Positions 31,216-43,023 of a DNA stretch of 64,000 nt are shown piece by piece. A program made the position numbers and the translations under genes. The stretch comes from Ornithinimicrobium sp. (lineage in GTDB: Bacteria > Actinomycetota > Actinomycetes > Actinomycetales > Dermatophilaceae): assembly GCF_030537745.1 (NCBI RefSeq), contig NZ_JAUNVI010000007.1, forward strand, positions 10,267 to 74,266, given 5' to 3'. Each line of letters opens with the position of its first letter. Positions within the stretch are counted from its first letter, which is position 1. The notes below the pieces were generated by a model that saw only the letters and a program-made list of their open reading frames with translations, was not told where the DNA came from and searched no databases.

Positions 31216-33126
31216 ATGCCCTTCACTGACACCGGCTCTGGCGTGCGCGCAGACATCCGTAACGTCGCGATCGTCGCCCACGTCGATCACGGCAAGACCA
31301 CCCTGGTGGACGCCATGCTCACCCAGGGCGGCGCGTTCGCCGCGATGCGCGGCGAGCATGAGGTCCGGGTCATGGATTCCGGTGACCTGGAGCGCGAGAA
31401 GGGGATCACGATCCTCGCCAAGAACACCGCCATCCGCTACACGGGGGCGGCGGCACCCCAGGGCGGGATGACGATCAACATCATCGACACGCCAGGTCAC
31501 GCAGACTTCGGTGGCGAGGTCGAGCGGGGGTTGTCGATGGTTGACGGAGTCGTCCTGCTCGTGGATGCGAGCGAGGGACCCCTGCCGCAGACTCGTTTCG
31601 TGCTGCGCAAGGCCCTGGCCGCACAGCTGCCCGTCGTCCTGTGCATCAACAAGGTGGACCGCCCTGACAGCCGCATCGCCGAGGTCGTCGACGAGGTCTA
31701 TGCCCTCTTCATGGACCTGCTCGACGACACTGACCCGGCGACCGTGGAGCGGGCCCTCGATTTTCCCGTGGTCTACGCCTCCGCCAAGGCCGGCCGCGCC
31801 TCGCTGACTGCGCCTGCCAACGGTCAGATGCCTGACAGCCCAGACCTGGAGCCGCTGTTCGCGACCATCCTGGAGACGGTCCCAGCGCCGACCTACACGC
31901 CGGGTGCACCGCTGCAGGCGCACGTGACCAACCTCGACTCCAGCCAGTTCTTGGGTCGTCTGGCGCTGTGCCGGGTGCATGAAGGCGTGATCCGCAAGGG
32001 CCAGCAGGTGGCCTGGTGCCACCACGACGGCAGCATCGACAAGGTGAAGATCACCGAGTTGCTGCTGACGGATGGACTGGACCGTTTGCCCGCAGACGAG
32101 GCAGGCCCCGGGGACATCATCGCGATCGCTGGCATCCCGGAGATCACCATCGGCGAGACCCTCGCGGACGTCGACAACCCGGTGCCGCTGCCCCTGATCA
32201 CCGTCGATGAGCCGGCGATCTCGATGACGATCGGCACCAACACCAGCCCACTGGCCGGCCGGCTCAAGGGCACCAAGGTCACCGCTCGATTGGTCAAGGA
32301 CCGTCTCGACAAGGAGCTTGTGGGCAACGTTTCACTGCGGATCCTGCCGACCGAGCGCCCGGACACGTGGGAGGTGCAGGGTCGCGGAGAGCTGGCGCTG
32401 GCGATCCTGGTGGAGCAGATGCGCCGCGAGGGCTATGAGCTGACGGTCGGCAAGCCGCAGGTCGTCACGAGGGAGATCGACGGCAAGCTGCACGAGCCGG
32501 TTGAGCGACTGACCATCGACAGCCCCGAAGAGCACCTCGGCACGATCACCCAGCTCATGGCCGCGCGCAAGGGGCGCATGGAGCAGATGACCAACCACGG
32601 CAGCGGTTGGGTCCGGATGGAGTATGTCGTTCCTGCCCGCGGGCTGATCGGCTTCCGGACCGAGTTCCTCACCGAGACCCGTGGCACCGGCATCGCCAAC
32701 CACGTCTTCGAGGGCTACGCCCCGTGGTTCGGGGAGATCCGCACGCGCCAGTCTGGCTCTCTGGTCTCGGACCGCGCGGGCGTCGCGACGACCTACGCGA
32801 TGTTCAACCTCCAGGAGCGCGGGACCATGTTCCTGCCGCCCACCACGGAGGTCTACGAGGGCATGGTCGTCGGGGAGAACTCCCGAGTCGAGGACATGGA
32901 CGTCAACATCACCAAGGAACGCAAGCTGACCAACGTCCGGGCTGCGAGCGCGGACGTCCTGGAGCGGCTTATCCCGCCGCGCGTCCTGTCCCTGGAGCAG
33001 TCGCTGGAGTTCTGCCGCGAAGACGAGTGCGTAGAGGTGACCCCCGAGGCGGTCCGCGTCCGCAAGGTCGTCCTCGACGGCAACCTCCGGGCCCGGTCGG
33101 CGGCGAAGGCCCGGAACCACCCATGA
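31216..33126 (+). CDS. typA: translational GTPase TypA/BipA
   Basis: AHVDHGKTT, EREKGITI, DTPGHADF, NKVD, GRGEL. Confidence 0.98.
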   Translation: MPFTDTGSGVRADIRNVAIVAHVDHGKTTLVDAMLTQGGAFAAMRGEHEVRVMDSGDLEREKGITILAKNTAIRYTGAAAPQGGMTINIIDTPGHADFGGEVERGLSMVDGVVLLVDASEGPLPQTRFVLRKALAAQLPVVLCINKVDRPDSRIAEVVDEVYALFMDLLDDTDPATVERALDFPVVYASAKAGRASLTAPANGQMPDSPDLEPLFATILETVPAPTYTPGAPLQAHVTNLDSSQFLGRLALCRVHEGVIRKGQQVAWCHHDGSIDKVKITELLLTDGLDRLPADEAGPGDIIAIAGIPEITIGETLADVDNPVPLPLITVDEPAISMTIGTNTSPLAGRLKGTKVTARLVKDRLDKELVGNVSLRILPTERPDTWEVQGRGELALAILVEQMRREGYELTVGKPQVVTREIDGKLHEPVERLTIDSPEEHLGTITQLMAARKGRMEQMTNHGSGWVRMEYVVPARGLIGFRTEFLTETRGTGIANHVFEGYAPWFGEIRTRQSGSLVSDRAGVATTYAMFNLQERGTMFLPPTTEVYEGMVVGENSRVEDMDVNITKERKLTNVRAASADVLERLIPPRVLSLEQSLEFCREDECVEVTPEAVRVRKVVLDGNLRARSAAKARNHP

Positions 33127-34016
33127 CAGGGTCGTCGGAGGTCGGGAGCGCTGCTCGGCGTGACCTGCGCGACGGCATCCCCGCCGACCTTCGACGACCG
33201 CTGCGCCTGCTCGCCGTGCACGCGCACCCCGACGACGAGACGCTCGCTACCGGGCTGACCCTGGCCCACCATGCTTCTGCCGGCGACGAGGTGCACGTGC
33301 TTACCTGCACCCTCGGTGAGGAGGGTGAGGTCATCACGCCGGAGCTCTCCGGCCTGGAGGGGACTGAGGAGCTGGGCCCGCACCGCGCTCTCGAGGTTGC
33401 GCGCGCGACCTCGATCCTGGGAGTGACCCACCACTGGCTCGGCGGTGACCCGCCACGCTGGCGCGACTCGGGAATGGCGGGGTCGGCGGCGGCGGCGCAC
33501 CCGCGCGCCTTCGTCAACGCCGACGTCCAGCAGGCGGCCCAGATGATGGCTGAGCAGATCCGGGCGCTCCGCCCCGACGTCGTGGTGACCTACGACCCCG
33601 AGGGCGGCTACGGGCATCCCGACCATATCCACACGCACCGCGTGACAATGGCGGCCGTGGGCTTGCTGTCGGCCCCGGAGCGGCCCGTGACCTATGTGGT
33701 GCTCATCCCGCGCGCGTGGGCCGAGCAGGACCGCGCCTGGCTCGCCGAGCACGTGCCGTCGGGGACCCGCAGCCCGGCCGGGGGAGTGGCCCGAGTACCG
33801 GCCCCGGAGGAGCCCTACGCCGTCGGTGTCGTGGACGATGACAAGGTGACCCATGCCGTGCAGGACCCCGCTGCGGCCGTGATCCAGGCGAGCGCCCTGC
33901 GAGAGCATGGCACGCAGGTGACGGTGCACGAGGGGTGGTACACGCTGAGCAACGATGTTGCGGCCAGGATCTCCGGCCGCGAAGGGTTCGCGAGGTGGGA
34001 GACGGGGCAATGGTGA
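33123..34016 (+). CDS. mshB: PIG-L family deacetylase, mycothiol MshB
   Basis: VHAHPDDE, TCTLGEEGE, RDSGM, GGYGHPDH; follows typA. Confidence 0.8.
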   Translation: MTGSSEVGSAARRDLRDGIPADLRRPLRLLAVHAHPDDETLATGLTLAHHASAGDEVHVLTCTLGEEGEVITPELSGLEGTEELGPHRALEVARATSILGVTHHWLGGDPPRWRDSGMAGSAAAAHPRAFVNADVQQAAQMMAEQIRALRPDVVVTYDPEGGYGHPDHIHTHRVTMAAVGLLSAPERPVTYVVLIPRAWAEQDRAWLAEHVPSGTRSPAGGVARVPAPEEPYAVGVVDDDKVTHAVQDPAAAVIQASALREHGTQVTVHEGWYTLSNDVAARISGREGFARWETGQW

Positions 34017-34540
34017 GCGAGGAGTCAGTGCCACCACCCGTCGAGCCCACCCAGCCGGTCGACTCGGCGCGCTTCCGGCAGGCCATGGGCAGGTTCGCCT
34101 CCGGAGTCAGCGTCGTGACGTCTTCTCACCGGGGACACGACGTGGCGCTGACCGTCGACGCCCTCGCCAGTGTCTCCCTGGACCCGGTGCTGCTCCTGGT
34201 ATGCCTCCACGCGGAGGCGCGGGTGCTCGAGGGGATCGAGGAGGGCGCACCGTTCGGGATCAGTGTGCTGCAGGCCCACCACCGTGGGCTTGCCACCTGG
34301 CTCGGGGAGCCCGGTCGTCCGCTGCACGAGCAACTCACCCGCATCCCGCACAACCGCGGGCGGGCCACCGGCGTAGCCCTGATCGATGGAGCGTCGGCCA
34401 CCTTCGAGTGCCGTACCTTCGCCGTCCATCCGGCCGGCGACCACTCGATCGTGGTCGGTGAGGTCGTCGGTCTGCAGGCGCGTCCAACCGACGAGCCCGC
34501 CCTGGTCCACTACCGTGGGGCGCTGGGAGAGTTGCGCTGA
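34010..34540 (+). CDS. flavin reductase family protein
   Basis: FRQAMGRFASGV, SVSLDP, AGDH. Confidence 0.9.
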   Translation: MVSEESVPPPVEPTQPVDSARFRQAMGRFASGVSVVTSSHRGHDVALTVDALASVSLDPVLLLVCLHAEARVLEGIEEGAPFGISVLQAHHRGLATWLGEPGRPLHEQLTRIPHNRGRATGVALIDGASATFECRTFAVHPAGDHSIVVGEVVGLQARPTDEPALVHYRGALGELR

Positions 34541-34600
34541 GGCTGAGGCTTGGGGGACCTTGGCGTGACACCCCTGCCACCGATCGCGGAAGGACAACTG

Positions 34601-36394
34601 ATGGATGAACGGACTCCGGCCGGCACGGGGCTCCAGGCGGAGGATGAGCGGCGTCCGGGGCAGGAATGGCGTGCCGTTCTGCTGCGCGGACTGGTGGCCG
34701 TCCTCGTCCTTGGCGGCGTCTATGTCGGGGGAGCGCTCTACTTCCAGGACCGCCCACCTGCCGGGCTGAGTGTCGCAGGCGTGGAGATCGGCTCCCTCAC
34801 CCACGACGAGGTCCTCTCCCATCTGCAGCGTCAACTCGCCGATGAAGCGGCTGAGCCGGTCGTGGTCACCGTGCGGACCGACGGCGACCAGGACACTGAG
34901 ACCGAGATCACGCTAGATCCCGCCGAGGCTGGACTGAGCTACGACCTCGAGCGGTCCATCGACGGAGTCACCGGCTTCAGCCTCGACCCCCGCGTCCTGT
35001 GGGCGCACGTGGCGCGGACCGAGCGCCAGCTACCCCTCCTGGGCGCCGTCGATAGCAGTGCCCTGACGACTGCGGTGCAGGCGGCCGCGAAGGACTATGA
35101 CACCGAGGCGGTCGAGGGAGACGTTTCCCTCGAGGACGGCAAGGTCGAGGTCGTCGACGCTGCAGAAGGACGCCAGCTGGACGTGGCGGCCACGGTGGAG
35201 ACCATCGCGGCGGCCTGGCCTGACCAGAAGAAGGTCGAGGGGACCGCGATCACCATCGGCCCCGTGCTGACGCAGGCGAAGATCCAGCAGTTCACCGCAG
35301 AGGAGGTGGAGCCAGTGCTCGCGGCACCGCTGAAAGTCACCGCCAAGCGGGGCAGCGGCGATAAAGCGAAGACCTCGGTGGCGCAGGTCCAGCCGCGAGA
35401 GATCGCAGCAATGCTGTCGATCGATCAGGACAAGGACCACAGTCTGAGCCTGAAGCTGGATGAGAAGGCGATGCTGGGCAGGCTGCGCCAGGACCTGGGA
35501 CAACTCGAACGCGGCCCGGTCGATGCGACCGTCCGCCTGGTCTCGGGCAAGGTCGAGGTGGTGCCGGCCCGGACCGGGGCGAGCCTGGACGAGCCGGCGA
35601 TCATGGAGTCAGTCCGTAAGGCGATCCGCGCCGAGGGCAAGGAGCGCAACTTCACCACGAAACTGAAGGTCCTCGAGCCGCAGATCCCCACCTCGGTGTC
35701 CAAGGAGTGGAAGTTCGCCAAGATGGGGTCCTTCTCTTCGGTCTTCCCCACGGGACGTGACAACGAGGCCCGCACCCACAACCTGCACACGGGCATCGAG
35801 CACGTCAACGGCACCGTCGTCATGCCCGGTGAGCAGTTCTCGTTGGGGGCGGTGCTGTCGCCAATCACCGAAGCCGAGGGTTATCAGCAGGCTCCGATCA
35901 TCATCGAGGGGCGACTGGTGATGGGCATTGGCGGTGGCCTCTCGCAGGTGTCGACGACAGTCTTCAACACGGCGTGGTTCTCCGGCGTCCAGCTCGACGC
36001 GCACACCCCGCATTCCTTCTATATCCCGCGCTATCCCGCGGGGCGCGAGGCGACGATCGCCATCCCTGGCCTCGACAACCTGTGGACCAACGACACGAGC
36101 AACCCGATCGTCATCCGATCCTGGATCACGGGGGACCAGATCTTCATGGAGTTCCTCGGTCAGCGGCAGTACCAGGTCGAGACGGTGGAGGGCCCTCGCA
36201 CCGAGGTGCAGGAGCCCGATCGGATCGTCGATGACTCACCCTCATGCGTCCCACAGCAACCCTCGCCCGGTTTCGTCATCTCTGTCTCGCGCACCCTGAG
36301 CCAGGACGGGGTGGTGGCGCACCGTGACGACTTCACCACTCGTTATGTGCCCGAGGACGAGGTGGTCTGCACTCACCCTGATGCGGGGTACTGA
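34601..36394 (+). CDS. VanW family protein with N-terminal TM and putative peptidoglycan-binding repeats
   Basis: TM anchor, then VanW core (VMPGEQFS, GGGLSQVSTT, PHS, GREATI). Confidence 0.85.
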   Translation: MDERTPAGTGLQAEDERRPGQEWRAVLLRGLVAVLVLGGVYVGGALYFQDRPPAGLSVAGVEIGSLTHDEVLSHLQRQLADEAAEPVVVTVRTDGDQDTETEITLDPAEAGLSYDLERSIDGVTGFSLDPRVLWAHVARTERQLPLLGAVDSSALTTAVQAAAKDYDTEAVEGDVSLEDGKVEVVDAAEGRQLDVAATVETIAAAWPDQKKVEGTAITIGPVLTQAKIQQFTAEEVEPVLAAPLKVTAKRGSGDKAKTSVAQVQPREIAAMLSIDQDKDHSLSLKLDEKAMLGRLRQDLGQLERGPVDATVRLVSGKVEVVPARTGASLDEPAIMESVRKAIRAEGKERNFTTKLKVLEPQIPTSVSKEWKFAKMGSFSSVFPTGRDNEARTHNLHTGIEHVNGTVVMPGEQFSLGAVLSPITEAEGYQQAPIIIEGRLVMGIGGGLSQVSTTVFNTAWFSGVQLDAHTPHSFYIPRYPAGREATIAIPGLDNLWTNDTSNPIVIRSWITGDQIFMEFLGQRQYQVETVEGPRTEVQEPDRIVDDSPSCVPQQPSPGFVISVSRTLSQDGVVAHRDDFTTRYVPEDEVVCTHPDAGY

Positions 36395-36438
36395 CGACCC
36401 GTGCCCTACCTATGCGGCGGACGGATTACCCTGTAGCC

Positions 36439-36765
36439 ATGACGTATGTGATCGCTCAGCCGTGCGTGGACCTCAAGGACAAGTCTTGTGTCGAGGAGTG
36501 TCCCGTCGACTGCATCTATGAGGGCGAACGTTCCCTCTACATTCACCCCGACGAGTGCGTCGACTGTGGTGCCTGCGAGCCGGTCTGTCCGGTGGAGGCG
36601 ATCTACTATGAAGATGATGTCCCGCAAGAGTGGGCGGACTACTACAAGGCGAATGTTGAGTTCTTCGACGACCTTGGCAGTCCTGGTGGGGCAGCCAAGA
36701 TGGGTCTGATCGCCAAAGATCACCCGTTGATCGCTGCTCTGCCGCCGCAGTCGCACGACGAGTGA
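36439..36765 (+). CDS. fdxA: 7Fe ferredoxin FdxA
   Basis: MTYVIAQPCVDLKDKSCVEECPVDC...CVDCGACEPVCP. Confidence 0.97.
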   Translation: MTYVIAQPCVDLKDKSCVEECPVDCIYEGERSLYIHPDECVDCGACEPVCPVEAIYYEDDVPQEWADYYKANVEFFDDLGSPGGAAKMGLIAKDHPLIAALPPQSHDE

Positions 36766-36811
36766 TCTCCTCCGCCCGCGCCCTTTTGTCGACTTACCCC
36801 AGGGAGTACTG

Positions 36812-38110
<1,299 letters not shown>

Positions 38111-38141
38111 GCCGACGCGACAGGCGCAAGACGCTGAAACG

Positions 38142-38179
38142 GACAAAGGGCCCCCACCGCACGGTGGGGGCCCTTTGTC
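38142..38179. terminator. bidirectional intrinsic terminator
   Basis: Perfect 18-bp inverted repeat GACAAAGGGCCCCCACCG/CGGTGGGGGCCCTTTGTC between convergent genes. Confidence 0.9.
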
Positions 38180-38204
38180 GTGGTGTCGGCTGTGGGTGCG
38201 CTGC

Positions 38205-39074
38205 TCAGTTCAGCTCGACCACGACGGTCGTCCTACCTGAGGGCTGTGAGTCTGCGGCATCAGCCGCGGCGTGCTGGGCGGGACGCCAGGTCAGAGGAGA
38301 CCGGTCACGGTCCCAACGTTGGTCGGCGACCTGGACACTGACGACCTGCTCGGCCTCGGCATGGCTGACCAGCCAGGTCGCGACGGCCCAGGCGTGGTCC
38401 CCATCGTCCAGCGCCAAGGTGAGCGTGCCAGCATCCGAGCCCGCGTCCACTATGTCCGCAACCCCAAGCTGTTGCCGGAGCTTGGTGGCAAGGTTTTCTG
38501 CGGAGCCGGCGGCGGTCGGCGCGTCCAGGTCGCAGCCCATCTGGGTCGCAGAGCCCTCCTGCCCGGTGAGCACGGAGGCCAGGACGCGACCTTCCCACTC
38601 GTGATCGGCATACGCGTCGGGAAAAGCGCTGCGTTGCACTTCCTGCGCCACCACGGTGACCACGCCGTCCTGCCAGCCGGGGACGCGCTCCAGCGCGTCG
38701 TAGAAGGCGTTGCTGGCATAGACCGGCTCGGTGACCTGCTCGACGGTGCCCCAGCCCTGGCTCGGACGCTGTTGGAAGAGCCCCTGGCTGTCGGCGTGGC
38801 CGTAGCGCAGGTTGCGCAGCTTGCTCTCCTGGATGGCTGTCGTGAGCCCGATGGTGGCGGCGCGCGGTGGCAGACCGCGTTGCACGCTGACCGCGGCGAT
38901 GGTGGCTGCGTTGGCAGCCTGCTCGGGGGTCAAGGACACTGACTGACCGGCCGCCACGAACACGCACTCGGGGGTGGAGAGCCGATCGACAAGCCACCTG
39001 GCGCCGAACACCCCTGCTAGGGCACATGCAGTGATGACGAGCAGGCCCACGAGGAGGCGTCTGGACCTGAGCAC
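38205..39074 (-). CDS. conserved membrane-anchored protein with a lysozyme-like core
   Basis: N-terminal TM; TAIQESKLRNL..G..DSQGLFQQRPSQGWG motif. Confidence 0.7.
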   Translation of the reverse strand: MLRSRRLLVGLLVITACALAGVFGARWLVDRLSTPECVFVAAGQSVSLTPEQAANAATIAAVSVQRGLPPRAATIGLTTAIQESKLRNLRYGHADSQGLFQQRPSQGWGTVEQVTEPVYASNAFYDALERVPGWQDGVVTVVAQEVQRSAFPDAYADHEWEGRVLASVLTGQEGSATQMGCDLDAPTAAGSAENLATKLRQQLGVADIVDAGSDAGTLTLALDDGDHAWAVATWLVSHAEAEQVVSVQVADQRWDRDRSPLTWRPAQHAAADAADSQPSGRTTVVVELN

Positions 39075-39135
39075 AGACCGATTCTAGATGCCCGGGGCCG
39101 ATGGTCCGGGCACGCCACTGGCGTAGGGTCGGCAC

Positions 39136-39900
39136 GTGACTGCAACTCGAGGGGTGCATGTGAAGGGACCGGTGACGCTGCGCGGGGAACGGGTCCCACA
39201 GACGACGACCGACCAACGGCTCCTCGAGGGTCGTGAGCCGACGGAATGGGTGCACACGGACCCGTGGCGGGTGATGCGGATCCAGGCGGAGTTCGTCGAA
39301 GGTTTCGGAGCGCTCGCCGAGCTGGGGCCCTCCGTTGCGGTCTTCGGCTCGGCGCGAACCGGACCGGGTCACCCTGCCTACGAGCTTGCTGAGAAGATCG
39401 GTGCCGAGCTCGTCCGGGCCGGCTTCGGGGTGATCACCGGGGGAGGGCCGGGGACGATGGAAGGGGCCAACAAGGGTGCGGCTGAGGCGGACGGTACTTC
39501 TGTGGGGCTCGGGATCGAGCTGCCCTGGGAGAGCGGCCTCAACCCGTACGTCAACCTAGGGGTCAACTTCCGCTACTTCTTCGTCCGGAAGACCATGTTT
39601 GTCAAGTACTCCGAGGGGTTCATCGTGCTGCCGGGCGGCGTCGGCACGCTGGACGAGATGTTCGAAGCGCTGACCCTGATCCAGACCGGGAAGGTCACCA
39701 ACTTCCCGATCGTGCTGCTCGGGACCAAGTTTTGGGCGCCTCTGCTGGATTGGCTACGCGACACCGTGGTGGCAGAGAAGATGATCTCGCCGCAAGACCT
39801 GGACCTGCTCCGGCTCACCGATGACGTGGCCCAGGCCGTCGAGTGGATCGTCGAGGCACACCAGGACCGTAGTGGGGCGGAGTTCTCAAGCGGGCGGTGA
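39136..39900 (+). CDS. LOG family protein (TIGR00730-like)
   Basis: VFGSAR, TGGGPG.MEGANKG, FFVRKTMF, PGGVGTLDE. Confidence 0.93.
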   Translation: MTATRGVHVKGPVTLRGERVPQTTTDQRLLEGREPTEWVHTDPWRVMRIQAEFVEGFGALAELGPSVAVFGSARTGPGHPAYELAEKIGAELVRAGFGVITGGGPGTMEGANKGAAEADGTSVGLGIELPWESGLNPYVNLGVNFRYFFVRKTMFVKYSEGFIVLPGGVGTLDEMFEALTLIQTGKVTNFPIVLLGTKFWAPLLDWLRDTVVAEKMISPQDLDLLRLTDDVAQAVEWIVEAHQDRSGAEFSSGR

Positions 39901-39918
39901 CGTGCGAGGATTTATGTC

Positions 39919-40311
39919 GTGATCATTGTCGCGGTCGTTGTCGCGGTCTTCGCGCTCGGTGCGGTCGCGATCTGGGCAATGGCTAGGTTCGACGTCCCTG
40001 GCCTGAGCGAGCCGGTGACGACGGAGAGCGCGACGCCACTGCCGCTGGGGTCGATCGGCGCGGGTGACGTCGCAGACGTACGCTTCGATCAGGCGATCCG
40101 AGGCTACCGGATGGGGCAGGTCGACCTCGCGCTCTCCCGACTGGCCCAGGAGTTGGCGGACCGGGACCAGGAGATCACGCGATTGCGTCTTCGGACCAGC
40201 ACCGCGGGCCAGCCGCAAGGTCCTGACCGGCTGGGGGAAGCCACCGTGCGTCATCTACAGTCTCAGGAAGGCGTGGATCACACCCAGCAGACCGGAGGGC
40301 AGGACCGATGA
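39919..40311 (+). CDS. membrane-anchored DivIVA-domain protein
   Basis: TM helix, then VRFDQAIRGYRMGQVD and a short coiled coil. Confidence 0.8.
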   Translation: MIIVAVVVAVFALGAVAIWAMARFDVPGLSEPVTTESATPLPLGSIGAGDVADVRFDQAIRGYRMGQVDLALSRLAQELADRDQEITRLRLRTSTAGQPQGPDRLGEATVRHLQSQEGVDHTQQTGGQDR

Positions 40312-40949
40312 CCGTCACCGCACCGCACCCCGATCTCGTCGTCGGACCCGATGGGGTCATCCGGTGCGGCTGGCCCGGGATGGGGCACGCCGACTACCGT
40401 GACTACCACGACCGAGAATGGGGCAAGCCGGTTCACGGTGAGACGGCGCTGCTCGAGCGGCTCTGCCTCGAAGGTTTCCAGAGTGGATTGTCCTGGCTGA
40501 CGATCCTGCGCAAGCGGCCTGCCTTCCGCGTCGCCTTCGCCAGCTTCGACGCAGATGCCATCGCTGACTTCTCCGAGGCGGACGTCGAGCGTTTGTTGGC
40601 CGATGAGTCCATCGTCCGCAACCGTCGCAAGATCGAGGCCACGATCACCAACGCCCGGGCCACCGTCGCGCTGCGCGAGACCGGTGGCCTCGAAGAGCTG
40701 CTGTGGACCCATGCGCCGGAGCCGACACCTCGCCCGCGTCGCTTTGTCGATGTCCCGAGCCAGACGTCTGAGTCGGAGCTGTTGACCAAGCGTCTGCGCA
40801 AGGTCGGCTTTGTCCAGCTCGGTCCGACGACGGTCTATGCGGCAATGCAGGCCTGCGGCCTGGTCGACGACCATCTCGTGGGCTGCTTCCGAGCCGGAGC
40901 TTCTCGGTCCGGCTCCCGGCTCACCGGTGGGATGCGCGTCAGCTCATGA
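40308..40949 (+). CDS. tag: DNA-3-methyladenine glycosylase I
   Basis: RC.W, YHDREWG, LEGFQSGLSW, IVRNRRKI, GPTTVYAAMQACG.VDDH..GC. Confidence 0.95.
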   Translation: MTVTAPHPDLVVGPDGVIRCGWPGMGHADYRDYHDREWGKPVHGETALLERLCLEGFQSGLSWLTILRKRPAFRVAFASFDADAIADFSEADVERLLADESIVRNRRKIEATITNARATVALRETGGLEELLWTHAPEPTPRPRRFVDVPSQTSESELLTKRLRKVGFVQLGPTTVYAAMQACGLVDDHLVGCFRAGASRSGSRLTGGMRVSS

Positions 40950-42199
40950 CTGTGGCCGCAGCCCCACTGCGGCGTCTGCTCGACCGGCGGTTCGTGCTGG
41001 CTGTCGTCGTGATCTGGACGTTGTGTCGGGCGATCACCACGGTGATCCTGATCTATCTGGCCGACCAGAGCCAGGACCCGGTCGTCTACGACGACTCGGG
41101 AGTGCCGCGCTACTTCCAGTTCGCCACGCTCTGGGACGGCGCGTGGTACGAAAGGATCGCCACCGACGGTTATCCGCAGGAACTCCCTCGTGCAGCCGAC
41201 GGCATGGTCAGGCAGAACCCCTGGGCGTTCTACCCGATCTTCCCCTTCTTGTCGCGAGGTCTCACGGCGCTGACCGGCCTACCTTTCGCCGTCACGGGCA
41301 CCATCATTGCCACCCTCCTGGGGTATGCCGCAGCGATCGTCGTCGCTGGCCTGCTGCGGGAGAAGGTGGGCCGGGCCGCGGCACTGAGCGCTACGGTGCT
41401 GCTTGGCACCTACCCGAGTGCACCTACCTTCCAGGTCGCCTACACCGAGTCCCTGGCGCTGCTGCTCCTGGCCGCAGTCCTCTGGCTGCTCGTCCGACGA
41501 GCGTGGTGGGCTGCGGCGGCCGTCGCCCTGCTCACCGGGTTGGCGCGCCCCATCGCGCTGCCCCTGGGCCTGGTTGCGCTCGTCGCGGTCATCGTGCGGT
41601 GGCGTCGTCGTCAGGAGCACCCGATCACTCGCGGCGAGTACGCGGGCATGAGCGCTGCGCTCATCGGTTGCGGGCTGGCCGGCCTCATCTGGCCCATGGT
41701 CGCCTGGTGGGGGACCGGTGAACGGGCCGCCTATGCGCTGACGATGTCTTCTTGGCGCGGCGGAGAGGAGATCACGCCGTTCCTGCCGACCCTCGAGCGG
41801 GTGCAGTGGCTCTGGGGAGAGGTGACCGGCTTGGTCATCCTGGCCGCCGGCCTGGCGCTGCTGCTGGTCGCAGTGCTCGGGCCGTGGGCTAAGGGACTGG
41901 GGGTTGAGTTGCGCACCTGGTGCCTCGGCTATGTCCTGTACCTGTTCGCCGCGTTGGATCCGTGGACGAGCATCTTCCGCTACCTGGTGCTGCTCTTCCC
42001 GCTGTTCGTGCTCCTGGTGGGCGGAGGCCGAGGCAGAGATCGTGGCTCAAGCGCATCGCCGACCACGGGCCGGCCGCCGCAACCCACCTGGCTGCTGGTG
42101 GTGCGCTGCGTCGTCATCGCGCTGATCTTCGTGGTGCTTCAGGCGTGGTGGTCCTGGGAGCTCTTCCGCTTCGTCCCGCCTACCGACGACCCGCCGTGA
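40946..42199 (+). CDS. GT-C fold membrane glycosyltransferase (mannosyltransferase-like)
   Basis: WDGAWYERIA...GY, AFYP.FP, YTESL, LARP; multi-TM. Confidence 0.75.
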   Translation: MTVAAAPLRRLLDRRFVLAVVVIWTLCRAITTVILIYLADQSQDPVVYDDSGVPRYFQFATLWDGAWYERIATDGYPQELPRAADGMVRQNPWAFYPIFPFLSRGLTALTGLPFAVTGTIIATLLGYAAAIVVAGLLREKVGRAAALSATVLLGTYPSAPTFQVAYTESLALLLLAAVLWLLVRRAWWAAAAVALLTGLARPIALPLGLVALVAVIVRWRRRQEHPITRGEYAGMSAALIGCGLAGLIWPMVAWWGTGERAAYALTMSSWRGGEEITPFLPTLERVQWLWGEVTGLVILAAGLALLLVAVLGPWAKGLGVELRTWCLGYVLYLFAALDPWTSIFRYLVLLFPLFVLLVGGGRGRDRGSSASPTTGRPPQPTWLLVVRCVVIALIFVVLQAWWSWELFRFVPPTDDPP

Positions 42200-42202
42200 C
42201 TC

Positions 42203-43018
42203 TCAGCGGCCGCTGAAGCGAGGCTTTTCCTTGGCCAGGAAAGCGGCCACTGCGGCGCGGTGGTCCTCGCTGGTGCCGGTCCGGGTCATCTGCTGGTCCT
42301 CGTAGTCCAGGGACTCGGTGAGGGGGTGCCCGGCCGAGAAGTTCACTGCGCGACGGACGGCCCCGTAAGCGAGCGTCGGACCGGCAGCCAGGGTGTGCGC
42401 GACCTCCGCGACCTTGCCCGCCAGCTCCTCGTCCGGGACGACCTCGGTTGCCAGTCCGAGGGCGAGGCACTCCTGCGCGTCGATGGTGCGCGGGAAGTAG
42501 AGCAGCTCCTTGGCCTTGGCAGCGCCCACCAGGCGGGGCAGCGTCCAGGAGGTGCCGGAATCGCACGAGAGCGCGATCCCGGTGAAGGCGAGGTTGAACC
42601 CGGCCGACGCCGCGACATACCGAAGATCGGCGGCGAACGCGAAAGCGGCGCCTGCCCCCGCAGCGACCCCGTTCAGAGCGGCGATCACCGGCTTGTCCAT
42701 GGTGGCCAGCAGCTCGACGACGGGGTTGTAGTGCCGGGCGACCGTGGTCCATAGCTGCTGCGGGTCCTCGGCCAGCAGAGCGACGTGCTCATTGAGGTCC
42801 TGACCCACGCAGAAGGCGCGCCCTGTGCCGGTCAGCACGACGCACCGCACGGACTCGTCCGCCGCAGCACCCTGCAGGGCGCCCAGCAGGGCCTCTTTGG
42901 TGGCCACGTCCAGCGAGTTCATCGCGTCCGGGCGGTTCAGGGTCACGGTGCACACCCCCTCGGAGTGCGTCACCAGGACGGGGCCCTGCGGGGCGGTGGA
43001 AGCATCAGGCTGGCTCAT
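42203..43018 (-). CDS. enoyl-CoA hydratase/isomerase (PaaG-like)
   Basis: LNRPDAMN, AFCVGQDL, NGVAAGAG, CDSG. Confidence 0.92.
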   Translation of the reverse strand: MSQPDASTAPQGPVLVTHSEGVCTVTLNRPDAMNSLDVATKEALLGALQGAAADESVRCVVLTGTGRAFCVGQDLNEHVALLAEDPQQLWTTVARHYNPVVELLATMDKPVIAALNGVAAGAGAAFAFAADLRYVAASAGFNLAFTGIALSCDSGTSWTLPRLVGAAKAKELLYFPRTIDAQECLALGLATEVVPDEELAGKVAEVAHTLAAGPTLAYGAVRRAVNFSAGHPLTESLDYEDQQMTRTGTSEDHRAAVAAFLAKEKPRFSGR

Positions 43019-43023
43019 GAGGA

